DNA of 64,000 bases from positions 10,315 through 74,314 of the forward strand of contig JALHNY010000005.1 in assembly GCA_022843285.1 (NCBI GenBank), in the 5' to 3' direction. The position numbers were made by a program, and so were the translations under genes. The notes under the pieces were generated by a model. It worked only from the letters and a program-made list of their open reading frames with translations. It was not told the DNA's origin and ran no database searches. The DNA is from Minisyncoccota bacterium. Lineage in GTDB: Bacteria > Patescibacteriota > Minisyncoccia > UBA6257 > 2-01-FULL-56-20. This document shows positions 1 through 8,710 of the stretch, in pieces (position 1 is the first letter of the stretch; each line of letters opens with the position of its first letter).

Positions 1-128
1 CCGTCGAGCGTGGTGACCTCGAAGTACGTGCGGCCGAACCACGCCTCTCGGAAGAGGTGAACGCTCACGCCGAGGCCATCAGCTCTCTGGAGGCCCGGCG
101 CGTAGAAAATGCTGTTTCTGGTGCTCAT
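1..128 (-). CDS. hypothetical protein, N-terminal fragment (gene continues past the window start)
   Basis: ATG at 126-128 overlaps the stop of the upstream gene (ATGA). The reading frame stays open to position 1. Confidence 0.4.
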   Translation of the reverse strand, partial: MSTRNSIFYAPGLQRADGLGVSVHLFREAWFGRTYFEVTTLD

Positions 129-478
129 CGGTCCTTCACTTTCTTCTCAAGTGCTTCGAGGTACCGCGTGAACTGCTGCAGCGCCCAGTCCCAGCTCGAC
201 CCGAAGCGCTGACCCTCGAGGTCCTTGAGCAACCCGCGCAGGTGGCCCACGTCGAAGTTGCGGCCGAGGTCGGCCTCGACGCGCACCTCGCCGAGTTCCT
301 TGAGCTGCATCCGATGGAGCGGACACAGGTACATCGTCTTGTTCGCGACCGAGAACACCTGCGCCCAGGCGTCGGCACGCGGGTACTCCAGCTCGAACTC
401 CACCAGCTTGATGTTGGCGCGACACTTCTTTGCCGAGCACCGGACGCGCGGAGAGCGTCCACCGCTGCCTGTGTTCAT
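125..478 (-). CDS. hypothetical protein
   Basis: Internal ATG start (MNTGSGG...) overlaps the stop of the upstream gene as ATGA. The longer N-terminal extension in the ORF track reads like overlap-frame noise. Confidence 0.5.
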   Translation of the reverse strand: MNTGSGGRSPRVRCSAKKCRANIKLVEFELEYPRADAWAQVFSVANKTMYLCPLHRMQLKELGEVRVEADLGRNFDVGHLRGLLKDLEGQRFGSSWDWALQQFTRYLEALEKKVKDR

Positions 479-882
479 CGGGGCATCCTCGCGAAGCGTG
501 CGTGCTGCATCGGATTCTTCCTGCGCTTGCTGTTCCGGTACGCCTCGCGATTTATCTCGGACCTCACGGCGGCAGCGTGCGCGCGCTCCAGTTCCGTCCG
601 AGCCCACTTCGGGTCAGCCGTACGCAGCACCTTCGCGATGTCGCAGTTCACGTTGTGCAAGGCCCGACCGTCGTCCGTGACGCCGCAGTCGGGGCACTGG
701 GCGTTGTCCCAGTTGTCGCGGTCGCTGAACTCGGCGAGGTCGACGGTATTGACCGCCAGCTGAGCTGCCTTCGCGAAGCCCACCACGCGGTCGTACGGCA
801 TGTCGATGGGGAACGCGTCGGCCAGCTCGGCGAAGCCGTTCTCCCGCAGCAGGTCCTGCAGCACCGGCCAGCGGTCGTTCAT
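475..882 (-). CDS. hypothetical protein (CPDC Cys motif)
   Basis: ATG (MNDRWPVL...) is preceded by a GAGGGGA RBS and overlaps the upstream stop as ATGA. Confidence 0.55.
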   Translation of the reverse strand: MNDRWPVLQDLLRENGFAELADAFPIDMPYDRVVGFAKAAQLAVNTVDLAEFSDRDNWDNAQCPDCGVTDDGRALHNVNCDIAKVLRTADPKWARTELERAHAAAVRSEINREAYRNSKRRKNPMQHARFARMPR

Positions 883-1220
883 GAATGTCCCCTCGAGATG
901 GTAGTGAGAAGGCGGACCAGCGTGAGGTGCAGCACGCCCGTCATCACAGCGTGGATTTGATGTCTGCGGTCGACGTCGGCGTGCTCGTGCATGAAGTTCG
1001 TCGACGGGAACGCACACGCCCAGCAGCCGTTGGCGCGAAGGAGATGGACCATCTCGTTGAAGAGCGCTGCCTGCTCCTTCGGGACTGCAAGTGCGCGCTC
1101 CTCAAGCACGTCCTTGAGGACGAGCTTCAGCTGCTCCATGTCGACACGCAGGAGCCGTAGCTCTCGCTCGCAGGAGGATTCTTCGCCAGGGCCCGGCGAG
1201 TAATCGCGGGGCTTCGTCAC
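879..1220 (-). CDS. hypothetical protein
   Basis: GTG start (VTKPRDY...) overlaps the upstream stop as GTGA. The N-terminal 180 aa of the long ORF is Arg-rich shadow sequence. Confidence 0.45.
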   Translation of the reverse strand: MTKPRDYSPGPGEESSCERELRLLRVDMEQLKLVLKDVLEERALAVPKEQAALFNEMVHLLRANGCWACAFPSTNFMHEHADVDRRHQIHAVMTGVLHLTLVRLLTTISRGHS

Positions 1221-1579
1221 GGCACCCACCCCTGTTCGCGTGCGTGGTCGAGCAGCACCTGCTCCGTCGTCGCGTACGCCTCGATGCTCGGGTGAACGAA
1301 GAGCACCTCGACGTAGTATTCGGGCGCTTCGCTCGTGCTGAAGCGGTCCGTGTTGTTGCCCGTGTCGTACGGGTTGGGCGCTTCGAGGATGGAGTAGTCG
1401 AAGTCCGACTCGTCGAATGCCTTCACGCGCCTCTCGCCTTCGGCCTGCGCCAGCTCGCGGTGCTTCTCCGCGAGCGTGCGGTCCAGGTACGCCGCGACCG
1501 TCCACGTGCGGCGGTCGGAGTACGAACCCCACGTCGCCGAGACGACGTGCAGCACGGTGCCGGGGAGCGGCGCGCTCAC
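1217..1579 (-). CDS. hypothetical protein
   Basis: 120-aa ORF with protein-like composition, joined to its neighbours by ATGA overlap. Confidence 0.55.
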   Translation of the reverse strand: MSAPLPGTVLHVVSATWGSYSDRRTWTVAAYLDRTLAEKHRELAQAEGERRVKAFDESDFDYSILEAPNPYDTGNNTDRFSTSEAPEYYVEVLFVHPSIEAYATTEQVLLDHAREQGWVP

Positions 1580-1950
1580 GTTCGGCTCTTTTCGTCGATG
1601 AACGCGATGCGGTCGAGCGTGAGACGCAGCGCTTCATTCTCTTCGCTCTGCACCGATGCCAGTGCGTCGAGACGTCGCCCCGACGGGTCGAGCGCCTGTG
1701 CGGCTGAACGCACGGCCTCGCTGTGGAGCGCGGTGATGTTCGCCGCGTGCGCCTTCGCCATGACGACGAAGAACCGGCGCGCATCGGTGAGGTTTCCGAA
1801 CTGCTTCAGGAGGTCTTGCATCACGGGGTCGGTGGGCATCGTCTTCTTTCCTTGGCAGGTGTCGCAGTTGAATTTGTCGGTGCGGGGTTCGATGGAGCCG
1901 CACTCCCAGCAGGCCTTCGCGAAGGCCTGCCAGAGTTCGGTCTCGGTCAC
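1576..1950 (-). CDS. hypothetical Cys-rich protein (CWEC...CDTC)
   Basis: GTG start overlaps the stop of the 1947-2177 gene as GTGA. Contains paired CxxC motifs. Confidence 0.5.
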   Translation of the reverse strand: MTETELWQAFAKACWECGSIEPRTDKFNCDTCQGKKTMPTDPVMQDLLKQFGNLTDARRFFVVMAKAHAANITALHSEAVRSAAQALDPSGRRLDALASVQSEENEALRLTLDRIAFIDEKSRT

Positions 1951-2177
1951 AGCGTCACGTGCCCTTCGCGAGCCACGCGCTGGTACGCGTGCTGCCACCA
2001 CGCCAGCTCCTCCGCGGCAGGACGAGGAGGAACCACTTCGATACCGAGCCCCACAAGCGTGAGTGCGAACACCATGAAGCAGCCGTGCTCCAACGAGGGC
2101 CCGCCGGAGCAGAGCCCCTGAAGCTCGTCGAGCTGTGAGAGAGGACCGCCACACCGCATGCACCGTTGGAGCGCCAT
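1947..2177 (-). CDS. small zinc-ribbon-like protein
   Basis: 76 aa with CxxC...CxxxxxC near the N-terminus. It is the first gene of the leftward operon, next to the divergent promoter region. Confidence 0.45.
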   Translation of the reverse strand: MALQRCMRCGGPLSQLDELQGLCSGGPSLEHGCFMVFALTLVGLGIEVVPPRPAAEELAWWQHAYQRVAREGHVTL

Positions 2178-2334
2178 GAGCGCCTTCTACCGAGACTCCC
2201 CACGGAAGGTCAACACATAGTTGTATTGACTCTGTTTGATTGATAAATAAGTTTTATTTATTTGACGCTGTTTGGCCCCTCGACCGATAAGAGTGCGGCC
2301 GCACTTCCCGTGCGTGCACTACGAGGAGCAAACC
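2178..2334. promoter_or_regulatory. divergent intergenic control region
   Basis: The only AT-rich stretch in the first 5 kb. It separates two outward-facing operons and carries TTGAC-type motifs and direct repeats. Confidence 0.45.
2226..2274. repeat. two 13-bp direct repeats TTGAC(T/G)CTGTTTG flanking an AT-rich core
   Basis: Read directly: TTGACTCTGTTTG ... ATTGATAAATAAGTTTTATTTAT ... TTGACGCTGTTTG. Confidence 0.5.
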
Positions 2335-2829
2335 ATGGCGAAGAACGACGTCGAGAACGAAGTGGCGCGGAACGACCGAGGCGAAGCGTACGTGACCGAG
2401 CTGCAGGAGTGGGCGAAGACGGTGTGGAAGGAGGGCTGCCTGCAGGGTGACCTCGCTCGCGACGAGAACCTCACCAACGATGAGGTCGCGATGCTCGAGT
2501 GCGCACGTGAGGGCTACCTCGCGGTGGTCGCCGCGCATGGCACCGAGGACTCGGCAGCTGACGTCATCCGCATCGTGAAGACGCGCATGGCGTCGGGACG
2601 CGACCAGTTCCTCGTGACGCTCCCCCGCAACGCGTTCCTCGTCGACGTCATCGCGTCGTGGCGCGCGCTCACCGACGTGCTCGCGAACCAGCAACACCCC
2701 GACATGCGCAGCCTGTTCGGCGACCTGGCCCGCCGCTTCGATGCGACGCTCGCGCTCGACGTGAACGGCAACCTCACCGGCCCGACTGCCGAAGCGATGG
2801 AAGCTGCGCGGAAGGGGCCGAAGCAGTGA
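2335..2829 (+). CDS. hypothetical protein
   Basis: ATG (MAKNDVENE...) preceded by a GGAGCA RBS. First gene of the rightward operon. Confidence 0.6.
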   Translation: MAKNDVENEVARNDRGEAYVTELQEWAKTVWKEGCLQGDLARDENLTNDEVAMLECAREGYLAVVAAHGTEDSAADVIRIVKTRMASGRDQFLVTLPRNAFLVDVIASWRALTDVLANQQHPDMRSLFGDLARRFDATLALDVNGNLTGPTAEAMEAARKGPKQ

Positions 2830-3113
2830 GTCGCGCGAAGACGCTTGTCGACGTCGCGATGAAGCGCAGCGCCGCGCTCTCGAAGGAGCGTCGCGCGTTC
2901 AAGAAGCTCGACGAGGTGACACGGGAGCACGAGGCGGTCGAACGTGCGGTGGAGTACGTGCGTCGGCGGCCGACGTTGGTCGCGGCGGCCGGCGGGCTCG
3001 AGAATCTCGAGCGCGCCTACGCGCGCGTCGACACCCGCCTCGACTCGGCGCGACTCGCCTGGCTTCGCGCGGTCAACGCCCTCGCGAAGCTCGAGGTGGA
3101 GAAGAAGGCGTGA
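2826..3113 (+). CDS. hypothetical coiled-coil protein
   Basis: GTG start overlapping the upstream stop (GTGA). Confidence 0.45.
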   Translation: MSRAKTLVDVAMKRSAALSKERRAFKKLDEVTREHEAVERAVEYVRRRPTLVAAAGGLENLERAYARVDTRLDSARLAWLRAVNALAKLEVEKKA

Positions 3114-3418
3114 AACCCTTCTCGACCGAACTGCGCGTGGCGCTCGACATCCTCAATGAGCGCGTGCCTGAGGCTGCGAAGGAGGTGGAGGCCGCGCTGG
3201 TGGCCTTCACGCTCCTGAAGCTGTTCGGCTCTTCCCTGCGTTACGACAATGGCAGCGGGTGGGGCCCGGACTTCGGCTCGCTGCGCATGGAGCTTCTTCG
3301 GGAAGCGTTCTTCCCCATTCACGTCGGCTACCATCCGCTGCACGCCGTCATCACCGGCGGCGAGTCGGTCGACGAGCAGCTGAAGGCCGTGCGCGCATGG
3401 CTTCGGGGTACGCCGTGA
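3110..3418 (+). CDS. hypothetical protein
   Basis: ATGA overlap with the upstream gene. 102 aa. Confidence 0.55.
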   Translation: MKPFSTELRVALDILNERVPEAAKEVEAALVAFTLLKLFGSSLRYDNGSGWGPDFGSLRMELLREAFFPIHVGYHPLHAVITGGESVDEQLKAVRAWLRGTP

Positions 3419-4005
3419 GCTCGTTCGACGAGCTGCACCTCAGCGTGCGCGCGGTCGAGTGGCTGCGTGATACGAGGTGGCCGCTGGTGAAGTACCGACA
3501 CCCCGTCGGACTGCCAGCGTGCTGGGGCGCGATGCACACGAAGGAGCAATGCGCCGAGCGCGGCTTCAAGGTGCCTGAAGACGTCACCCCGTGCCCCGAG
3601 TGCAAGGGGAAGCGCCGCGTGCAGGCTGCGTACTTCGAACGCGAGTACGACGAAGACGGCGAGCCTGAGTACGCCCGCCCAGTTCTCCGCGTGACGGACT
3701 GCGCGGCGTGCAAGGCCTCGGGGCTCGCGCTCCCGAAGCGCATGCTCGTCGGGGTTGTCGACGTGCGCGCCATCGTGCGTTCGAGAACGCCCGGCGCGAG
3801 CGGCCTGGTCTGGTACGAGGACAGGCACGGACAGCGGAAGGGCATGGCACCGCGCACGCCGACGTGCTCGCTCTGCGCCGTCATCTTCGACGAAGAGCTC
3901 ACAGCGACGAAGCAGCGGTGGGAGCTGATGGAGCGCGACGAGAACGGCGAGTGGGTGAAGGTCGAACGCGTCGCACCATTCGACGTGGAGTTCGTCAAGC
4001 CATGA
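3397..4005 (+). CDS. hypothetical Cys-rich protein (CPECKGK, CAAC, CSLC)
   Basis: ATG inside the longer ORF. Several CxxC pairs suggest zinc binding. Confidence 0.5.
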   Translation: MASGYAVSSFDELHLSVRAVEWLRDTRWPLVKYRHPVGLPACWGAMHTKEQCAERGFKVPEDVTPCPECKGKRRVQAAYFEREYDEDGEPEYARPVLRVTDCAACKASGLALPKRMLVGVVDVRAIVRSRTPGASGLVWYEDRHGQRKGMAPRTPTCSLCAVIFDEELTATKQRWELMERDENGEWVKVERVAPFDVEFVKP

Positions 4006-4337
4006 GCAGCAAGCCCGTCATGCCGAAGAAGCCGTGCTTCGGGTGCCCGTGGACGAAGGACTCCATTGTCGAAGCGGACACGCTGCGCTCCATCGTCGAG
4101 GGGCTGCGCAAGGACGACGTCCACTTCATCTGCCACAAGAAGCAGACGGAGCCCGAGTTGCACGACACGACCGTCGTGTGCCGCGGGTACTTCGACGGCG
4201 AGTTCCTGAAGCGCGGCACGGGCAACCTCATGCGCATCTACATGCGCCTGGGTGGCGTCACCGAGGTCGACTTCACGAAGTACGACCGCCGCGCGAAGAA
4301 GAAGATGATGCCCGCGCGACTCTGGAGCAAACGATGA
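4002..4337 (+). CDS. hypothetical protein (CFGCPW motif)
   Basis: ATGA overlap. In frame with ORF 3708-4337. Confidence 0.5.
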   Translation: MSSKPVMPKKPCFGCPWTKDSIVEADTLRSIVEGLRKDDVHFICHKKQTEPELHDTTVVCRGYFDGEFLKRGTGNLMRIYMRLGGVTEVDFTKYDRRAKKKMMPARLWSKR

Positions 4338-4666
4338 GCAAGTACGTCGACGCGATGCGCGAAGGCGTGAAGGCTGCTGCGGACGCGCAAGCGAACCGCC
4401 CTCGAGCCGCAGACCGCGTGGTGCAGCTCCTCGCCGAGCTGAACGACGCGGTGGTCGCCGCGCACGCGGAGCACTGGGAGACGACGCCGTTCGGATGGCA
4501 GCCGCTCGCCACAGCGCCGAGGGACCGTCCCATCCTCGCGTGGACGTCGGAGTCACGCGTCGTCATCGTGGAATGGGACAACGGGTTCGTCACGAAGATG
4601 CGGCACAACCCTCACGCGGAAACCATCACGCACTGGTGCTCGCTCCCGCCCCCGCCGTCGAAGTAG
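4334..4666 (+). CDS. hypothetical protein
   Basis: ATGA overlap. In frame with ORF 4034-4666. Confidence 0.5.
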   Translation: MSKYVDAMREGVKAAADAQANRPRAADRVVQLLAELNDAVVAAHAEHWETTPFGWQPLATAPRDRPILAWTSESRVVIVEWDNGFVTKMRHNPHAETITHWCSLPPPPSK

Positions 4667-4675
4667 AAGAGAGCC

Positions 4676-4996
4676 ATGGCCCGCCCGCGCACTCGACTGC
4701 CGACACCAGGTGAAGACTTCATGATGAGCGTCGCGCTCGACAGCGAGCTGGCGACCACCGTGCTGAACATCGCGCGGCGTGACGGCGTGAACGCGTCGCG
4801 CGTGCTGCGCGAGCTGGTGGCCGAAGGGCTCGCGTCGCGCGGCAACCGGGTGAACCACAGCCTGCTGCAGCGGCGTGAGGCGGTGCGTGAGGTGAAGGCG
4901 CAGGTGCTCGGCGAGGTGCGCGGTGCGGTCGCTGAGGCGATGAACCGTACGTGGGCCGCCGGGGAGCCCGGGCCCAAGCGCCGCCCCGGGCGGTGA
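4676..4996 (+). CDS. putative ribbon-helix-helix (CopG/Arc-like) DNA-binding protein
   Basis: GAAGAGAG RBS. The segment SRVLRELVAEGL resembles an RHH helix. It sits immediately upstream of a palindrome-rich region. Confidence 0.4.
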   Translation: MARPRTRLPTPGEDFMMSVALDSELATTVLNIARRDGVNASRVLRELVAEGLASRGNRVNHSLLQRREAVREVKAQVLGEVRGAVAEAMNRTWAAGEPGPKRRPGR

Positions 4997-5070
4997 CCAA
5001 CGAATCCGTTGGCCGGGACCAACGAAGTCGTTGGACCTACATGTAGGTGTATTCCTACCCGCACCTACAC
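4997..5070. repeat. operator-like palindromes: two copies of CCAACG-N4-CGTTGG, the perfect 12-bp palindrome CCTACATGTAGG, and CCTAC iterations
   Basis: Read directly from the sequence. The two 16-bp inverted repeats are centred about 22 bp apart. Confidence 0.55.
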
Positions 5071-5162
5071 GCACATACCCTTTCACCCCTGCAACCGAGT
5101 AACCCCTTGATTTAACAGGGGTATTGCAGAAACGAAAAACGCCCCTTTCAGGTTTGCAATCT

Positions 5163-5178
5163 TGGCACGGCCGGTGCT
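5163..5178 (+). promoter_or_regulatory. sigma-54-like -24/-12 element (TGGCAC-N5-GTGCT)
   Basis: TGGCACggccgGTGCT has one mismatch to TGGCAC-N5-TTGCW. It lies about 90 nt upstream of the 5271 gene. Confidence 0.25.
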
Positions 5179-5270
5179 CCGCTAACCCCATAGAAAAAGA
5201 GGGGTAGGGGGTTGGTCTGTCAAATGCAATACACCCCGTCACACAGCGCAGGTGACGAAAGGTCCTCTCG

Positions 5271-5702
5271 ATGAACACTCCTACCCTCCCCGCTCTCCTC
5301 GCGTACGTTCGCCGTGAAGCGCTCGTGCTGCAGAAGGAAGTCGAAGACGACGACGGCACCGTCCACTCGCTGCGCGTGTGCGCCGCCATGGTCGTCCGCC
5401 ACACGCGGCACCAGCGCGGCCAGGAACTGCCCCCGTACCCCCGCATCACGCGCCGGGAGCGTGAGCGGCGGGCGACCCTCAAGGAGCAGCGTGCAGCGCG
5501 CGCTCTCGTCGACGCCGCGCTCGAATTCCGCCGGGCGCTCACCAAGGTCTCTGACAGCGTCCTCCTCGACGGGTACACGAAGCTCGCCCGCCTCTCGCAG
5601 GACTCGTCGTTCGCCGACTCGCACGAGCCGCTCGCACGCCTCGCCGAGGCCGTGCTCACGGAGCAGAAGCAGCGCAACTTGAAGCGCACGGGGGAAGCAT
5701 GA
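5271..5702 (+). CDS. hypothetical protein
   Basis: 143-aa ORF that opens the next co-directional run after the control region. Confidence 0.55.
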   Translation: MNTPTLPALLAYVRREALVLQKEVEDDDGTVHSLRVCAAMVVRHTRHQRGQELPPYPRITRRERERRATLKEQRAARALVDAALEFRRALTKVSDSVLLDGYTKLARLSQDSSFADSHEPLARLAEAVLTEQKQRNLKRTGEA

Positions 5703-5917
5703 CGTACATCGCCGCTGTCGCCGAAGTGATGCGCGCGAAGCTCTACAACGAGACGGCGCTGCCGTGCCCTGAGTGCGACGCACCCGGCCCGCACGACTGC
5801 AACAGCGACCGCATCGAGCCCACGGCCTGCTGCACACGGTGCGGCGCTCACTTCGACCTGCACGACCACCCCACGATTCGCGAAGCCTTCGCAGAGGACC
5901 GCCATGCCGCCCACTGA
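5699..5917 (+). CDS. small zinc-finger protein (CPEC...C..C..CTRC)
   Basis: ATGA overlap with the upstream gene. Cys-rich. Confidence 0.5.
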   Translation: MTYIAAVAEVMRAKLYNETALPCPECDAPGPHDCNSDRIEPTACCTRCGAHFDLHDHPTIREAFAEDRHAAH

Positions 5918-6170
5918 CCGTCAACGCGCCCGCGCCATCGTGAGCGCCGCCGCCGCCCGCTTGAAGAAGTTCCCCTCGCTGCACGCCGCCCTCTTGGAAG
6001 ATTCGCGTGGGGTGTTCGAGCGAGACGTGCTCGCCCGGCTCGACAAGGTCACGGTGGTCACGACCCAGAAGAGCATCAGCGACGCCGACGTCGACGTGTA
6101 CCTGCGCGACGAGCTGTGCCTCGACGTGCTGCAGGCCGAGACCAACCGCCTCACGAAAAAAGGAGCTTGA
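5904..6170 (+). CDS. hypothetical protein
   Basis: 88-aa ORF in the co-directional run. Confidence 0.5.
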   Translation: MPPTDRQRARAIVSAAAARLKKFPSLHAALLEDSRGVFERDVLARLDKVTVVTTQKSISDADVDVYLRDELCLDVLQAETNRLTKKGA

Positions 6171-6174
6171 CCCC

Positions 6175-6774
6175 ATGACGACCTCCACCCCGTACACCCC
6201 CGCCGACGTTCGCTTGCTCGCGCCGCAGAAGCACGCCTTCAACGAAACCGTCGTCGTCGGGTACCACCGCTTGCTCGCCACCGCCGAGGCGCACGCCGCC
6301 GCGAAGACGCTCGTCGAGAACCTGAAGGTGACTGATTCGCTCAAGGTCTGCGAGACGCTCGACACGATTCGCCACCTCATCGAGGTGACGATGGCCGAAG
6401 ACGACGAGGGCGAGGCTGACCTGGCCGCGACGCTGGAGCGCGTGGCCTCGCTGCTCAGCAGCCCGGCGCTCGCACCCCTGACCGTCGTAGTCGTCGACTC
6501 GCTCACCGCGATGGGTGACCCGTCGTTCGGGAAGCCTGCTCCGCTCGCAGCGCAGACCGACACGACCGACCCGCACACCGGCCGCCGCACGCGTATCGAA
6601 GGCAAGCTCCGCTTCATCGGGGAGGCTTCGCAGAACCGTCACCCCGACAACGCGTGGAAGGTGGTCGGGTACCGCGACACGAAGGCTGGAGCCGCCGGTC
6701 TCGGGTACGGCTACGGCCACACGTTCGATGCTGCCGTCGACGACCTGAAGAAGCAGCAGAAGAAGGGGAGCTGA
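6175..6774 (+). CDS. hypothetical protein
   Basis: AAAGGAG RBS ahead of the ATG (MTTSTPY...). In frame with ORF 6007-6774. Confidence 0.55.
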   Translation: MTTSTPYTPADVRLLAPQKHAFNETVVVGYHRLLATAEAHAAAKTLVENLKVTDSLKVCETLDTIRHLIEVTMAEDDEGEADLAATLERVASLLSSPALAPLTVVVVDSLTAMGDPSFGKPAPLAAQTDTTDPHTGRRTRIEGKLRFIGEASQNRHPDNAWKVVGYRDTKAGAAGLGYGYGHTFDAAVDDLKKQQKKGS

Positions 6775-6777
6775 CCC

Positions 6778-7116
6778 ATGCGCTACACGATGCACGAGAA
6801 GGCCCCCGGCGAGAGCCCCAAGGGCACCGAGACGGTCTGGCACGGCGAGCCGAGCGACGACTTGGGCGACCGCGTGGGTGCCTTCGAGCGCGAAGCGATG
6901 CTCGCGGTCACCGCCGGGCTCACCAACATGAAGCCGGTGGCGGGCTCGGCGCGCTGGGCCACGAACACCGACACGGGCGAGTTCATCTTCGGCGCCTGCT
7001 TCATCACGTCGCGAGGCATGCGCCGCCCCGAGTGGCGCTGCTTCACCCCGACGACCGCACGCGCGTACTTCACCGACGGCGTCACCAATCCCTTCACCGC
7101 AGGAGCCCCGTCGTGA
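6778..7116 (+). CDS. hypothetical protein
   Basis: 112-aa ORF with a short intergenic gap. Confidence 0.5.
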   Translation: MRYTMHEKAPGESPKGTETVWHGEPSDDLGDRVGAFEREAMLAVTAGLTNMKPVAGSARWATNTDTGEFIFGACFITSRGMRRPEWRCFTPTTARAYFTDGVTNPFTAGAPS

Positions 7117-7328
7117 AGAAGCAGCGCAGCACCACGAAGGTCATCACCTGGTCGGCCACCACCGACGGCAGCAACATGAACACGAAGGTGTCCCTCTGTG
7201 CGAACCACGGGAACGGCGGAACGCTCGACCCGAGGCTTCCCCGCCCGGTGCAGGTCAGCCACGGCTTCCACGTGGGCGTCTGCGACGCCTGCGCGCTGAA
7301 CAACGACGTCAAAGGAGATGCACGATGA
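7113..7328 (+). CDS. hypothetical small Cys/His-rich protein
   Basis: GTG start overlapping the upstream stop (GTGA). Confidence 0.4.
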   Translation: MKKQRSTTKVITWSATTDGSNMNTKVSLCANHGNGGTLDPRLPRPVQVSHGFHVGVCDACALNNDVKGDAR

Positions 7329-8710
7329 GCCCCCCGCTTCGAAACGATGGACGCCTCGGCAAGCAGCTCGACCGTGTGGAGCGCGTGGTGAAGGCTCGCT
7401 TGAGTGGACTGCTGCGCGCACTCGATGGCCGGTACATCGATGGCGCGCTCGACGTGAACCCTCCACGCACGGCGCTCGTCGCGCTCGCGCCTTGGGCTCA
7501 GCCGTCCGAGGGGCACCCGGTCACCGCGCGCACCGAGTGGGTGGATGCCATCGAGCGCGACGTGCTCGACGACGTGCGCATCGAAGACCTGCACTCGCTG
7601 TGCATTGACCCTCGCGACGGCGCGCTCATCCGCGAGGGCGGCCGGGGCGGTGGTCTCGCCGTCACGCCGAAGGCCTTCGGTCAGGCCGTCAATCTGATGC
7701 TCGATGCGGGCTCGAGGGTGCGCGGCGTGGCTGGGGTGCTGCACCACCAGCTGCACCCGCCCGCGCGGTCGGTTGCGTTCGAAGACGTTCGCGCTGACGG
7801 CGTGCAGAACAAGGTGAAGCCCGCGCTGCTCCGCACCTACCGGCACACCGAGACCGGCCTGCGCACGGTGCGCGCAGTGCTCTCGCAGAAGTACCCGACG
7901 AACTACTTCGACGACCTGCAGCTCCTCCCGCACCTGGACGCCGTTCTCGAGCCCACCGCTCGGGCTCGCATCAGCCGAGGCGTCGACGAGACCTTCGGCG
8001 TGGCCACGGTGAAGCTCGACGGCGTGAAGCACGTCGAGGGTGCCCTGCACTGGCGCAACAGCGAGACGGGCGCCGCACGCTTAGGCTTCTACGCAGGCCT
8101 CCGCATCACCGCGCTCGACGCCATCGTCTCAGCGCCGGCGCGCGGCGTGACGGTCGACGTCGACGACGTCACGCGCGCCACCCGTGAGGTGGAGGTGACG
8201 GTCGCGCACACGTCGGGCTCGAAGGCCATCAGCCACACGCTGCCGTGGTCGGGGTGGACCGAAGAAGAGCGCCAGGTCGAAGCGCGGCGCCGCATCACGA
8301 ACGCGCTGGAGACGGGCCTGCTCGAGGTGCGACGCCTCGCTCACTTGTGGAACATCGCGCTCGTCGACTTCCCTCTGCACTTCGCCGGGTCGGCCAATCG
8401 GACCGAGACCGTCGACGTGCTGATGGATTTCCTCGAAGAGGCGGGCGCACTGGGCGCCGACTCGAAGTTCCGGGCGCCGCTCGCCGAGGTGCTCGCCAAC
8501 GAAGAGCGTCTGAGGCTGCTCCCGTTCGCCAGCGCGGCCCACGTCGCTGCCGCCTGGGCGGTCATCGGGCGGAACTGCAAGACGCACGACGAGCAGGTCG
8601 AAGCGCAGGAACTCGGCGGCCTGTGGGTCTCCGAGGGTTGGCGTGGCACCGGTACCGGTCGCGACGCTCGTTCAGCACTCACGAAGTCTTTCCGGGGAGT
8701 CGCATCATGA
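7325..8710 (+). CDS. hypothetical 461-aa protein
   Basis: Long ORF with ATGA overlaps at both ends. Confidence 0.6.
   Translation: MSPPLRNDGRLGKQLDRVERVVKARLSGLLRALDGRYIDGALDVNPPRTALVALAPWAQPSEGHPVTARTEWVDAIERDVLDDVRIEDLHSLCIDPRDGALIREGGRGGGLAVTPKAFGQAVNLMLDAGSRVRGVAGVLHHQLHPPARSVAFEDVRADGVQNKVKPALLRTYRHTETGLRTVRAVLSQKYPTNYFDDLQLLPHLDAVLEPTARARISRGVDETFGVATVKLDGVKHVEGALHWRNSETGAARLGFYAGLRITALDAIVSAPARGVTVDVDDVTRATREVEVTVAHTSGSKAISHTLPWSGWTEEERQVEARRRITNALETGLLEVRRLAHLWNIALVDFPLHFAGSANRTETVDVLMDFLEEAGALGADSKFRAPLAEVLANEERLRLLPFASAAHVAAAWAVIGRNCKTHDEQVEAQELGGLWVSEGWRGTGTGRDARSALTKSFRGVAS

Noticed and set aside
4997-5270. Possible CRISPR array or CRISPR-like repeats in the palindrome-rich gap
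   Set aside because: The repeats are inverted and iterated half-sites with irregular spacing, not regularly spaced direct repeats with unique spacers. No cas genes are present.
4553-6617. Long minus-strand ORFs (4553-5914 and 5220-6617, 453 and 465 aa) overlapping the plus-strand genes
   Set aside because: Their Arg/Ala/Ser-rich low-complexity composition is typical of antisense shadow ORFs in high-GC DNA. The plus-strand genes have RBSs and coupled overlaps. The same reasoning applies to 9964-10953 (-), 23904-25673 (+), 28885-29817 (+), 29943-31223 (+), 43770-44720 (+), 56685-58583 (-) and 61956-62927 (-).
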